Position numbers and translations under genes: made by a program. From positions 4,590-33,566 of the forward strand of contig CAZXZO010000003.1 in NCBI GenBank assembly GCA_964645485.1: a DNA stretch of 28,977 bases, written 5' to 3'. This DNA is from an uncultured Candidatus Poseidoniales archaeon. GTDB lineage: Archaea; Thermoplasmatota; Poseidoniia; Poseidoniales; Thalassarchaeaceae. This document shows positions 17,240 to 26,656 of this stretch, one piece after another (within the stretch, counting starts at the first letter, position 1; each line of letters begins with the position of its first letter). The notes beneath the pieces are model-generated. The model was not told where the DNA came from. It did not search any database and saw nothing but the letters and a program-made list of their open reading frames with translations.

Positions 17240-17325
17240 CTGACTCAGACTTCGGAATGGTTAGTTGCAAATCACCCTATGGGTGGATGCGGAGATATCA
17301 AGCCCAAAACCACTCTCGCCAACTC

Positions 17326-18684
17326 ATGAGCGGTGAGGGGCCTCTACTCGAGATGTCATCCCTTAGTGTGAAAAGAGGGAAATCTACCGTCTTAAAATCC
17401 ATAGATTTACAGGTTGATAGTGGTGATATCGCAGTACTAAAAGGAGAAAATGGCAGTGGTAAAACAACTCTGATTGAAGCCGCGGCTGGAATCCTCAATC
17501 TAAGTGCTGGAAAAGTCCATCATTGCGGCCAGTTGATTAGAGATTCAGATGGTCGCAGAAACCAACCACCGCCGTTTGGATTAGCACTCCAAAGCGGTGG
17601 GTTTTCTCAAGATGAACTTGTCAGTGAGCGGGTTGCAACAGCATCCTCAACATCTGGAAGAACAGCCAATGAAGAATGGATTTCAGAGCGCTTATCGGAA
17701 TGGAAGTTGAGTCACCGCTCTAAAGACAAAATAGCATGGCTTTCAGGTGGTATGAAGCGCAAGGTCGGAATCATTGCTGGGCTGACACCAGCACTTGCAA
17801 GTGATGAACCACGCCTTATCCTCCTTGATGAGCCGTCAGAAGGACTTGATGAGAATAGTATTCAAACATTGAAAAATCAGATTTCAAGCCTATCTTCATC
17901 CGGTCACGGATTTATCATCGCGACACATGATGAAAGCATCTCGGAATTAGCAACCAGGCGGATCACTGTAAGCGGAACAAGTCTTTCTGAGGAAGACGTT
18001 GAAAGTAGCAACAAAATTGACCCTTTGAAGGTCAATGCTTTACCATTTAGCAAAGTTGATACTTTCGCTTCAAAACCACAGGGAAAGTGGACTTCAACTC
18101 TTGAAAAAAGAACCAGATTTTCTTCTATCAACCGCTCTGTTTCCGGCTTGATTGCATTAGTAGTGATTGTGGGGATGTTGGCCCAAATTGACCCACCTAC
18201 CAACAACTCTTGGCTTGCCCTTTTAGCCCTGACACCTGCACTAATCTCAGCACTGGTAAAGCCGGGTTATCTCAACCATCTTTCTGACTCGCGCGCTGGG
18301 GATTGGTGGAATGCCCAACTTGGAAAACCACTACAGATGAGTTTTAGAATCGAAAACCAAATCTATGTTCCTTTTCTACTAGCACTTCTGTCAATTTACT
18401 TCTTGTTTGGAAACGTCTCACAGATGCTTGTTGTTTCTGGAGGTTTCATTTGTTGTACACTGGCATCGGCTAGAATTCATTCTCTCGAAAGCACATTTCC
18501 TCGCCAGGGTGCAACTCTAGTGTTGTTACTTCTTGTGATTTTGATTTGGCCTTTTTTGCTGTCTGTAGATCTATTGACTATGGCAGATTTTGCCATAAAT
18601 AATGAAACTTTAACCCAAATTCTTGCAATTTATCTGATGCCACTGGCAATTTGGATTCTTTTGCCAATGATTGCCTCTGAATGA
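17326..18684 (+). CDS. ABC ATPase (CcmA-like) fused to a C-terminal about 6-TM permease (CcmB-like)
   Basis: GENGSGKT, LSGGMKRK, ILLDEP, ATHD, followed by about 190 aa of hydrophobic helices; upstream of ccmC. Likely ATG at 17326 (the track start at 17209 overlaps the rhomboid gene). Confidence 0.7.
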   Translation: MSGEGPLLEMSSLSVKRGKSTVLKSIDLQVDSGDIAVLKGENGSGKTTLIEAAAGILNLSAGKVHHCGQLIRDSDGRRNQPPPFGLALQSGGFSQDELVSERVATASSTSGRTANEEWISERLSEWKLSHRSKDKIAWLSGGMKRKVGIIAGLTPALASDEPRLILLDEPSEGLDENSIQTLKNQISSLSSSGHGFIIATHDESISELATRRITVSGTSLSEEDVESSNKIDPLKVNALPFSKVDTFASKPQGKWTSTLEKRTRFSSINRSVSGLIALVVIVGMLAQIDPPTNNSWLALLALTPALISALVKPGYLNHLSDSRAGDWWNAQLGKPLQMSFRIENQIYVPFLLALLSIYFLFGNVSQMLVVSGGFICCTLASARIHSLESTFPRQGATLVLLLLVILIWPFLLSVDLLTMADFAINNETLTQILAIYLMPLAIWILLPMIASE

Positions 18685-18702
18685 TAAAATAAGGCCATCA
18701 CC

Positions 18703-19443
18703 TTGAAGCGTGAACGATTATTCACCAATGACATGAGCAGGGGGCTACTGACTGTTGCAGTCGGATTAACCCTTCTAGGATTGATGTTAGCCGCTATCAC
18801 TTTGTGGCTTGGATTCACATGGGCTCCAGGGGTAAACCCTGACCATTGGAAAGCACCTGAAGCATACCGTATTTTGTTCTGGCATGTACCTGCTGCTTGG
18901 GCTTCATTTCAGGCTTTCACTCTACTTTTTATCGGCTCAGGCGCATGGTTTCTCAAGCGCTTAGAATGGGGCTGGAAACTACATGTTGTTGGTGCTCAAC
19001 TTGGCCTTGTTTTCGGCCTATGTGTAATTATCAGTGGACCAATTTGGGGGGCTGCTGAATGGGGTACCCCGTGGGATTTGACCGATGTAAGATTGAATAC
19101 ATACGCAGTTCTAACATCTCTCTCTCTTTTCCTAGTGATGGGTCACCAAGCACAACCTGATACAGAAGATACACGCGATACTTTTTCTTCGGTAGGTTTG
19201 TTTGGATTCATCCTTGTACCAATCACAATAGTGGCAATAAGAATCTGGCAAAATCGCCACCCCGGACCAGTCATCGGTGGTGGTGAAAGCAGTGGATTAG
19301 ACCCGCAAATTCTGTTAGTATTGTTATTCGGCTTCTTCTCCTTTCAAATCTTAGTTGCTGGACAGATTATGTTACGATATATCATCGGTGGTTTAGAAGA
19401 TCGACTGACTGATGTACAAGGAAAATTGGATACGAGGAATTAA
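18703..19443 (+). CDS. ccmC: Cytochrome c biogenesis heme-delivery protein CcmC
   Basis: FWHVPAAW, GPIWGAAEWGTPWDLTDVRL (WWD-like domain), WQNRHP; alternative ATG at 18733. Confidence 0.85.
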   Translation: MKRERLFTNDMSRGLLTVAVGLTLLGLMLAAITLWLGFTWAPGVNPDHWKAPEAYRILFWHVPAAWASFQAFTLLFIGSGAWFLKRLEWGWKLHVVGAQLGLVFGLCVIISGPIWGAAEWGTPWDLTDVRLNTYAVLTSLSLFLVMGHQAQPDTEDTRDTFSSVGLFGFILVPITIVAIRIWQNRHPGPVIGGGESSGLDPQILLVLLFGFFSFQILVAGQIMLRYIIGGLEDRLTDVQGKLDTRN

Positions 19444-19444
19444 A

Positions 19445-19609
19445 ATGGCAAGCGGAACATTATTTCTAGCGATTGCATATGTGGCGATGATTGGAATTAT
19501 CGGAGGTTGGACTTGGAAACTACTTTCTCGAGTAGGCGAATTATCAGATCGACTCGCGGCAGCAGAATCCACCCTAGGAATAAACTCACAAAATCTAGAG
19601 GAAGAATAG
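19445..19609 (+). CDS. Small single-TM protein, CcmD-like
   Basis: 54 aa: hydrophobic N-terminus then amphipathic/coiled tail; ATG 1 nt after the ccmC stop. Confidence 0.55.
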   Translation: MASGTLFLAIAYVAMIGIIGGWTWKLLSRVGELSDRLAAAESTLGINSQNLEEE

Positions 19610-19678
19610 CACTGAAGTTCTGCAACCAAAGGATTCAAGCGCATCGCAGGTGGCGAAAAACCATCAGGAGGGAGCGTC

Positions 19679-20743
19679 ATGGCACTAGGCAAGGCATTTT
19701 GCGTGTTATGTGGTAACGAAGACGAACTTACCTCAGATAGATTGTGTATTCCGTGTTTCAAGGAGAGAACGACCCTCTCAATTCTACCTGAAACTATCCA
19801 AGGATATCGCTGTCCAAAATGCATGATGTATCTACACGAAAAGCGCTGGGGCCACCATCCTGACGAAGAATATGAAGAGGGATTAGTGTCAGAATCTCTT
19901 GAGGTTCACAATGATACGCAAGCCTTAGGGATTGGTATTTTGAGACAAGTGATGGATGACAGAAATACTAGGCTTTCAGTACAAGTTAGCGGATTTATTA
20001 ATCGAGTTGAATTTGAGCAAATTCATTCAACAATGGTGAGAATATCAAATGCTGTTTGCCCGACTTGTACGCGCAAGGCGGGAAATTATTTCGAGGCGAC
20101 CGTACAACTTCGCTCATCCGGTCGCCGCCTTTCAGAACAAGAATTGAAAGCAGTTAGAACAACTTTTGACGATTATTTGGGAAGTATTGACCCAGACCCG
20201 ATGTTCTTTGTCAACAACGAAGGAGAGGTACAGGGTGGTTATGACATGGTCTTGGGTAGCAAAGCACTGGCTAGAGGGTGGACAAAACACTTACTGAGAA
20301 AATTTGGTGGGACCTCAAAAGAGACAAACTCTATAGTTGGGCGGAAAGATGGGGAAGACCTCACAAGATTGACTATTTCATATCGAAAACCAGCATTTGA
20401 TATCGGAGATGTAGTACGTCGCAAAGACAAGTATTGGCTAATTGCTTCGTGGCAGAAAGAAGGTGCTATCATCACGGCTGTTGAGAGATTACAAAGAACT
20501 GGTTTGACTTGGAGAGACTTAGAGAAGACAACCGTAGTTAGCCGAAGAAGTGAACAAGTTGTGATTGAGATTTTGAATAGAGATTCTTCCGCTGCTGAAT
20601 TTATGGACCCAAACGATTGGAAGGTGAAGGCTGTTTCACTTCCATACGATGATGATGGTGTTCAGAGTTCTTTGCGCATCGCTTTGATAGCCGATGAATG
20701 GGTCGCTCTACCTACATTAGCAGGCGGTGGCGACGATGAGTGA
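19679..20743 (+). CDS. NMD3 family ribosome-associated protein (archaeal)
   Basis: CVLC..CIPC, CPKC, CPTC Zn motifs; YFEATVQLR; SD-like ggaggga upstream. Confidence 0.88.
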   Translation: MALGKAFCVLCGNEDELTSDRLCIPCFKERTTLSILPETIQGYRCPKCMMYLHEKRWGHHPDEEYEEGLVSESLEVHNDTQALGIGILRQVMDDRNTRLSVQVSGFINRVEFEQIHSTMVRISNAVCPTCTRKAGNYFEATVQLRSSGRRLSEQELKAVRTTFDDYLGSIDPDPMFFVNNEGEVQGGYDMVLGSKALARGWTKHLLRKFGGTSKETNSIVGRKDGEDLTRLTISYRKPAFDIGDVVRRKDKYWLIASWQKEGAIITAVERLQRTGLTWRDLEKTTVVSRRSEQVVIEILNRDSSAAEFMDPNDWKVKAVSLPYDDDGVQSSLRIALIADEWVALPTLAGGGDDE

Positions 20744-21755
20744 AGGCAAAATTACAGATTTGGTTGACACTCTTGACAGCGAAGATATGTTGGGATTTTT
20801 ACGACTTTTTCCCAGCGATTTTGCGACTCAAATGAAAGATGGTGAATCGATCGAAGTCAACCCTAAAACACCCTCATCTGTTTTGTGCTTAGGAATGGGT
20901 GGGTCGGCAGCGGCAGGAGATTTCCTTGCTTCGCTAGCAAATTATCAAGGTGATGCTCAAGTTACAACTTGGCGTAATTATGAACTTCCTAATTGGATAG
21001 AAGATGATTCATTAGTTGTCGCTACATCCTATTCGGGAAATACAGAAGAAACTCTTGACGCCACTGCGGAGGCAATTGGAAAAGGGCTTGAAACTGCAGT
21101 GATTTCAAGCGGTGGGAAACTGGCAGAATTAGGCAATCATATCTCAGTACCAAGTGGACAGCCTCCACGGTCAGCCTTTGGCCACCTATTTGGGGCACTT
21201 CTTCGCAAATCAATATCTTGTGGGGTGATTCCAAATGAGGATTTATCAGGACTTATTGAGAGGTTAGAAGAAACCGTTGAAGAGTTTGATTTTGTCAATA
21301 ATCCTAACTCGCCCTCACTTGCTCTAGCACAAACTTTGCTTGACAGGGATATAGGGATAGTTACCGCTGCAGAACTAGAATGTGCCGGAACTAGATTTGT
21401 TAACCAACTCAATGAGAATGGCGGAGTTTTTGCTCGCTCAAATCCGCTTCCCGAGATGAATCATAATGAGATAATTGCTTGGACAGATGATTCAGCAAAA
21501 ACCAGCCAAGCACTGATTTTGCTGACCTGGAGTGGTATGCATGAAAGAGTAGAGAAGCGAGTTCATTGGATGATGGAAAATGTCGAAGTTGAGGTTGCTT
21601 GGCAACTGCATTGCGAGGGTGAATCTCTGCTTGAAGCAATGCTCTACTCTTGCATCGCTATGGACTGGATTTCCTGTGCTGTAGCAATTCTGCGTGGAAA
21701 AGACCCGAGCGCTATTGGTGCTATTCGTAGCCTCAAAGACCACCTTAGTCAGTAA
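20736..21755 (+). CDS. Bifunctional phosphoglucose/phosphomannose isomerase (SIS domains)
   Basis: GMGGSAAAG, SYSGNTEET, SSGGKL, QLNENG, PEMNHNEI. Confidence 0.92.
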   Translation: MSEGKITDLVDTLDSEDMLGFLRLFPSDFATQMKDGESIEVNPKTPSSVLCLGMGGSAAAGDFLASLANYQGDAQVTTWRNYELPNWIEDDSLVVATSYSGNTEETLDATAEAIGKGLETAVISSGGKLAELGNHISVPSGQPPRSAFGHLFGALLRKSISCGVIPNEDLSGLIERLEETVEEFDFVNNPNSPSLALAQTLLDRDIGIVTAAELECAGTRFVNQLNENGGVFARSNPLPEMNHNEIIAWTDDSAKTSQALILLTWSGMHERVEKRVHWMMENVEVEVAWQLHCEGESLLEAMLYSCIAMDWISCAVAILRGKDPSAIGAIRSLKDHLSQ

Positions 21756-22339
21756 AGTGGGCCTAGAACTAAGCGTGGGTCAGGGTAATTTTGCAAAGCC
21801 TGTTCTCTTTCTTCGGGAGATACGACACCGGGAAGGTCATGGGTTGTTGGTTCAATGAGTGAGAGTTGAAAATGTAGATGTGGCTCCCAACCACCATTCT
21901 CAGAATAATCACCAAACCAGCCTAGAACTTCACCTGCAGATATTTTTTGGCCAACCTTTTTGCCTTCAAGAGAAGCATTACTCAAATGTCCAAAAAGAGC
22001 CCAAACATTTACCCCATCAATAACCTGTTTTGTGATAACCACGTTACCATAATCACCTGGCGCAGGATTGTAACCAAAATGAGAAATTTCACAGTCAGTA
22101 AATGCCTTGCACTCTGCCCCTACCGGACCCCCAATATCAATACCAATGTGAATGAAGCGCTTGCCCTCAAAAATTTCAGTATTGTACAGGCCCCGTCTAT
22201 CCTCATCGTATCGGCCAATTGAATACTCATAATCAGATTCGGGAATCACCCCACCTGTGAGGTCTAAAACCCCGTACTTTTCAGGCAGTTTGACTACCTC
22301 AGAGAAAGCCTTGCCAGCCCAATTAATTGGCCCGTCCAT
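21749..22339 (-). CDS. M23 family Zn metallopeptidase
   Basis: HIGID (HxxxD), YGNVVI, FGHL, PHLHFQ (HxH); no signal peptide visible. Confidence 0.88.
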   Translation of the reverse strand: MDGPINWAGKAFSEVVKLPEKYGVLDLTGGVIPESDYEYSIGRYDEDRRGLYNTEIFEGKRFIHIGIDIGGPVGAECKAFTDCEISHFGYNPAPGDYGNVVITKQVIDGVNVWALFGHLSNASLEGKKVGQKISAGEVLGWFGDYSENGGWEPHLHFQLSLIEPTTHDLPGVVSPEEREQALQNYPDPRLVLGPLY

Positions 22340-22386
22340 GGTTTCTGCGAAACTGTATTTGCACTTGAAATCAATGTTGTGATATT

Positions 22387-22409
22387 CGCATCACTTGAAG
22401 AGTGATGCG
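22387..22409. promoter_or_regulatory. Inverted repeat CGCATCACT-TGAAG-AGTGATGCG in a divergent intergenic region
   Basis: Perfect 9-bp arms with a 5-nt spacer, just upstream of SD-like AGGAG (22414-22418). Confidence 0.45.
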
Positions 22410-22420
22410 CTCTAGGAGAT

Positions 22421-24964
22421 GTGATGGAGGGTGAGTTAGGGACTGTTCTCTTGCATCTGATAGCAGGTTCTATGCTGCTATTTGGAAGCGGGATGTTCCC
22501 AGCACTTTTCATAATCAAAATTCTTGACCCATTGGCAGACAAGTTTCGCAAATTGATGTTATTGCCTGCGATTTCCCTGTTGGTAGTTTTTGGTATTGCA
22601 GGATGGATGGTTGTTATCACCGGAAAATTCAATTCTGCAACTCTAATATTGCTGTTAATTATTGCAAATTGTATAGCAGCATTATATCACTGGAAAAGAG
22701 ATGTCATTCGGGTTCGCCGTCTCTCACAGTGGGAGTTAATGGAAGAACGTGCAAATCTCCTAGAATCAGAAGGTGAACTGCCCAAAGCCATTGAAACTGA
22801 ATCATTGAAAAAGGAACTTACAGAATTGGAAGAAGACACTGAGAAGAAGAAATTGCATGCCATTGACCTAGCATCTTCTCGCTCATGGTGGTTACCTCTA
22901 GCATTAGCAACAGCGGCTCTTCTTTCACTACTGCCTCTTGTCTTGTTTGAATACCCTAATGGGGTGGATTGGATTGGTTTCTCAACACTTTCACACCGGT
23001 TGGCAACTAGTGGAGATTTGACTTTACCTGCAATTTCAGAAGGAAATTGGACATATCCTCCCGCTTTACCTGCAACTGCTGCACTGCTTGAAACTGTGGT
23101 CGGGATTTCACCTGCAAGTGCAATCCACCTTGTTGGTCAACTCTCTCTGTTTGCATTAATTTGGGGTATTGCAGGTGCTTCTGATCGATGGGGAGCAAGT
23201 GGCCCGACACTACTTTGCTTAGCATTAGTTCCGGCTCTTTTCGTCAAGGCTCATGATTCAGGATACCCTACAGTAGCAAGTCAACTTGGTTTGGTTATTG
23301 GATTGTTAGTTCTACTGAGACCAATTGGCGAGAGAAGGCGTGGGCAGGACATTTTGTTCGCGATTTGCGTCATTACAACAGGAGCAATACACCCGACAGG
23401 AGCACTCTATCTTGGAACCTTACTTGGAGCCTATCTCATCACTCATAGATTTGGTATGAGAAGAGAAATTGCCGTCAGTCGTTTGGCTTTTACTTCAGCA
23501 GTGATACTCAGCATTGCTGCTTACATCGTACTGGTTACCTTTGCACCTAGATTGCTATCTGAACCTGTGTTTTCTGAATATGGTTGGCAAGGTGGGTTTA
23601 GTCTAATTCTATTCAACGGCCCTATTGCTATTGCGTTGGCTGGCTGGGCTTTATGGAGGACAAGAACCAGCATTGAAGTCGTAATGTTAGCTGTCTGGAT
23701 TGGTATCAACTGGATTCTAACTCTAGTGCATTTATTCAATGGAGTTATTGCATTCTCTTTCCTCACTTTGCTATCATATGTGCTGTACAGTATGGCACTG
23801 CACGCTTTCCACATCCCATTAGCAATCGTTGGCGGAATTATTCTTTCAAACAAAGTAAAATTGACGCCTAGAGAGCGACCGATTTCGATTGACCAAGACG
23901 GCGAAGCGATGGTTCAAGAGATGCTTGAAGCAAGTCGGAATTTGAGTGTCGACGAAATATCAGCCAGTGCAAAAGAAGCAACTGAAGAGGAATCTGTGTT
24001 GATGTGGCTACCAATGACATTGCCTCAACCAATTGACAAAAGGTGGCTTGTAGCGGTTTTCACCCTCGTCATTTTACAATTAACAATTGCAAATGGCCTC
24101 TTAATTGAACTCTCAAGCCATGAGGAACTTAATGTCCAAACGAAAGGTGATCGTGAATTAATGAGCACACTAGACTTACCTGAGGGTTCGGTACTATTTA
24201 CTGAAGATGCTCACTGGGGTAATGCTTACGATATTGACCCCGAAATTGGTCTGACCACTTTCCCTTCTCTTGGATTGGTGGATGTTCAGGTGAATAATCA
24301 AGGATATGCGCGCTCGGCAATTCTCCGAGATGATATTGAAACTCTGAACGAATTGGGTGTAACTCATGCTCTTTCAAGTCCCATAGGGACTTTTGGTGAG
24401 GTGTTTGCAACATCGCCATATTGGGAATTAAGTAGAGATATTGATGGCAGTCGATTATGGATTTTGAAGGAGATTCCTACCACTATATCTGCAATCAGCT
24501 CTTCATTTGTTTATCCAGATGAGAACTCTTGTATTGCACCTTGTCAATGGAGAGCAGACCCCTGGTGGATGGTTGATGCTGACCAGTTGGTTAATCGTCC
24601 TGATTCGCAGCCTTTCCTTAGTCAAGGAAACATCTCATTGGATGTGCCTCTCGAAAGAGGTAGTCGTGACCAGACTGTGAAAATCAATGTCGTTGTTGAT
24701 GCACCAGCTGGATTGTCGGTAGAAATCTACTCAATTGATGGGACTGAAATTGAAGGGAGACATTACACCACAGATGGTGGTTGGCAACAATTTACTCTCA
24801 TCACAAAAACCAGCCTAGCTGACGAAATAAAAGTTGAAATTCTTGTCTCTGGTGGTGGCAGTAGTTGGGTGAATCCATTAGCCATCACCGGTCGTGGTGA
24901 TCAGTTGATTGACCATGATGGAGTAAGGATACATTGGGTTGAACTCAGACCGATGGTTGAATGA
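22421..24964 (+). CDS. Large polytopic membrane protein, possibly a GT-C-fold glycosyltransferase, with soluble C-terminal domain
   Basis: Many TM helices; loop motif YPNGVDW..YPP; followed by a GT2 gene. The GT-C function is inference. Confidence 0.55.
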   Translation: MMEGELGTVLLHLIAGSMLLFGSGMFPALFIIKILDPLADKFRKLMLLPAISLLVVFGIAGWMVVITGKFNSATLILLLIIANCIAALYHWKRDVIRVRRLSQWELMEERANLLESEGELPKAIETESLKKELTELEEDTEKKKLHAIDLASSRSWWLPLALATAALLSLLPLVLFEYPNGVDWIGFSTLSHRLATSGDLTLPAISEGNWTYPPALPATAALLETVVGISPASAIHLVGQLSLFALIWGIAGASDRWGASGPTLLCLALVPALFVKAHDSGYPTVASQLGLVIGLLVLLRPIGERRRGQDILFAICVITTGAIHPTGALYLGTLLGAYLITHRFGMRREIAVSRLAFTSAVILSIAAYIVLVTFAPRLLSEPVFSEYGWQGGFSLILFNGPIAIALAGWALWRTRTSIEVVMLAVWIGINWILTLVHLFNGVIAFSFLTLLSYVLYSMALHAFHIPLAIVGGIILSNKVKLTPRERPISIDQDGEAMVQEMLEASRNLSVDEISASAKEATEEESVLMWLPMTLPQPIDKRWLVAVFTLVILQLTIANGLLIELSSHEELNVQTKGDRELMSTLDLPEGSVLFTEDAHWGNAYDIDPEIGLTTFPSLGLVDVQVNNQGYARSAILRDDIETLNELGVTHALSSPIGTFGEVFATSPYWELSRDIDGSRLWILKEIPTTISAISSSFVYPDENSCIAPCQWRADPWWMVDADQLVNRPDSQPFLSQGNISLDVPLERGSRDQTVKINVVVDAPAGLSVEIYSIDGTEIEGRHYTTDGGWQQFTLITKTSLADEIKVEILVSGGGSSWVNPLAITGRGDQLIDHDGVRIHWVELRPMVE

Positions 24965-24977
24965 AGGAGTTGGTACG

Positions 24978-25700
24978 TTGGATATACAGATGAGGAACCT
25001 TACCATTCTTCTTCCGGCTCGAAATGAAGTTCAAGGGCTGGCTGTTGTTGTGGAAATGATTCCAACTACAGAATTGAAAAAAATGGGCTGGAACCATCGG
25101 CTGGTTTTAGTTGATGGATATTCAACTGATGGGACAGTAAAAGTGGCTCAGGATTTAGGTATGACTGTTTATGACCAACGCGGTGGAATTGGTAAAGGAA
25201 TGGGATTACGTCAAGCGTTTAAACACTTTATTGAAAGTGGTGATGAAGCACTTGTGATGCTTGACCCTGACGGAACATATGACCCGCGGGATATACCTCA
25301 TCTTCTACGACGAATGGATGCTGGAGAATGTGATGTTGTGATGGGTTCACGCCTAAGAGGGGTGATGGATGAAGGGGCAATGGGTCGAGTGAACTACCTC
25401 GGAAATCACATCCTAACATGGGCGGCGGTGGCTCTATATCGGAATTTTGTCAGTGACTTATGTACTGGATTTTGGGCTTTCAAGCGAGAAGCAATAGAAG
25501 CAATGCATCTGAATTCTATATCGTTTGAGATTGAAGCAGAGATGTATGCAGCATGCTGTCACAATAAGATGCGAATTAGAGAAGTTCCAATTAGATATCA
25601 CAATCGATTGGGGACGGCAAAACTAGTTAGCATCTATGATGGAGTACGAATAATGCGTAAATTATTGGTTCGCAGATTCTTTAGATATCCTGTCAATTAA
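24978..25700 (+). CDS. Glycosyltransferase family 2 (polyprenol-phosphate glycosyltransferase/DPM1-like)
   Basis: LPARNE, VDGYSTDGT, GKGMG, MLDPDGTYDP, VMGSRL, DLCTGF, FEIEAE, EVPIRY. Start TTG 24978 (after AAGGAG) or ATG 24990. Confidence 0.9.
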   Translation: MDIQMRNLTILLPARNEVQGLAVVVEMIPTTELKKMGWNHRLVLVDGYSTDGTVKVAQDLGMTVYDQRGGIGKGMGLRQAFKHFIESGDEALVMLDPDGTYDPRDIPHLLRRMDAGECDVVMGSRLRGVMDEGAMGRVNYLGNHILTWAAVALYRNFVSDLCTGFWAFKREAIEAMHLNSISFEIEAEMYAACCHNKMRIREVPIRYHNRLGTAKLVSIYDGVRIMRKLLVRRFFRYPVN

Positions 25701-26632
25701 CTCAATAGTGAAGAAAGACCGTTCTCAAGAGAAGTTTCTGGCTTCCAATCAAATGTTGACTGGAGTTTTGTTGAGTCGCCGCTACTATGCTTGATATCTC
25801 CTTCTCGACTTTTTTCGTACGCAACTGAGATTTCTCCCCCCATGTGAGAAGATAACACACTTACCACCTCGTTGAGAGTGACGGGGTTACCGGTACAGAT
25901 GTTGAATGAGGTCGCGTGGGCTGGTGATGCGGTACCACTCTTGAGTAGAGAAGAACCGGTTTTGAGAAGTGCTTGTACAACATCTGATACATGGATGAAA
26001 TCACGGGTTTGTTCGCCATCTCCAAATATGGTAATTTGCTGTCCCCTTGACGCTCTATCAATAAAGATTGACAACACTCCGCTGTATTGAGAAGATGGGT
26101 CCTGACCAGCACCATAAACATTGAAAAATCGTAATGCACAAGCGGGTGTTGATTGCGAATCTAGTGAACAGATATTGGCATCGATTTCGGCTTTCTGATG
26201 ACCATAATTTCCAACTGGTGAAATCGGGTGGGTCTCTGCGATTGGAATTTCAACTGGTTCGCCATAAATTGCCGCACTGCTGGCAAAAACAACTGGGCAA
26301 TTTGCTTGGGAAATTATTTCCCGGCTTGCTTGAAGATTTACCTTATCAGACCACACTGGGTCTGATTCGCACAATGGAACTGATGCAATTGCTGCGAGAT
26401 GGAAAACTGTGTCAACTCCGTGCAAAGCAGATGTGAGGGTGGCAGAATCTGTTATGCATCCTTCAATGAAATTGGCAGCCTTGGGAACTTTTGATGAATC
26501 GCCTGCCGAACAGTCGTCCAATACAGTCACATCCGCCCCTAGTTCCAGCAATATAGCAGATAAATGAGAGCCTATGAAACCGGCTCCACCCGTAACCAAT
26601 ACTCGCTTGGTCTGCCAATCCATGATGAACAT
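25697..26632 (-). CDS. NAD-dependent epimerase/dehydratase (UDP-glucose 4-epimerase-like)
   Basis: GGAGFIGSH, HLAAIASV, ASSAAIYG, YGHQK, RFFNVYG, GDGEQTRDFIHV. Confidence 0.92.
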   Translation of the reverse strand: MFIMDWQTKRVLVTGGAGFIGSHLSAILLELGADVTVLDDCSAGDSSKVPKAANFIEGCITDSATLTSALHGVDTVFHLAAIASVPLCESDPVWSDKVNLQASREIISQANCPVVFASSAAIYGEPVEIPIAETHPISPVGNYGHQKAEIDANICSLDSQSTPACALRFFNVYGAGQDPSSQYSGVLSIFIDRASRGQQITIFGDGEQTRDFIHVSDVVQALLKTGSSLLKSGTASPAHATSFNICTGNPVTLNEVVSVLSSHMGGEISVAYEKSREGDIKHSSGDSTKLQSTFDWKPETSLENGLSSLLS

Positions 26633-26656
26633 GGAAAGGCCGGTGGCTTTAGGACT

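Noticed and set aside
17273-17285. CACCC-TAT-GGGTG dyad between rhomboid and the ABC gene
   Set aside because: Only 5-bp arms; expected by chance in 29 kb.
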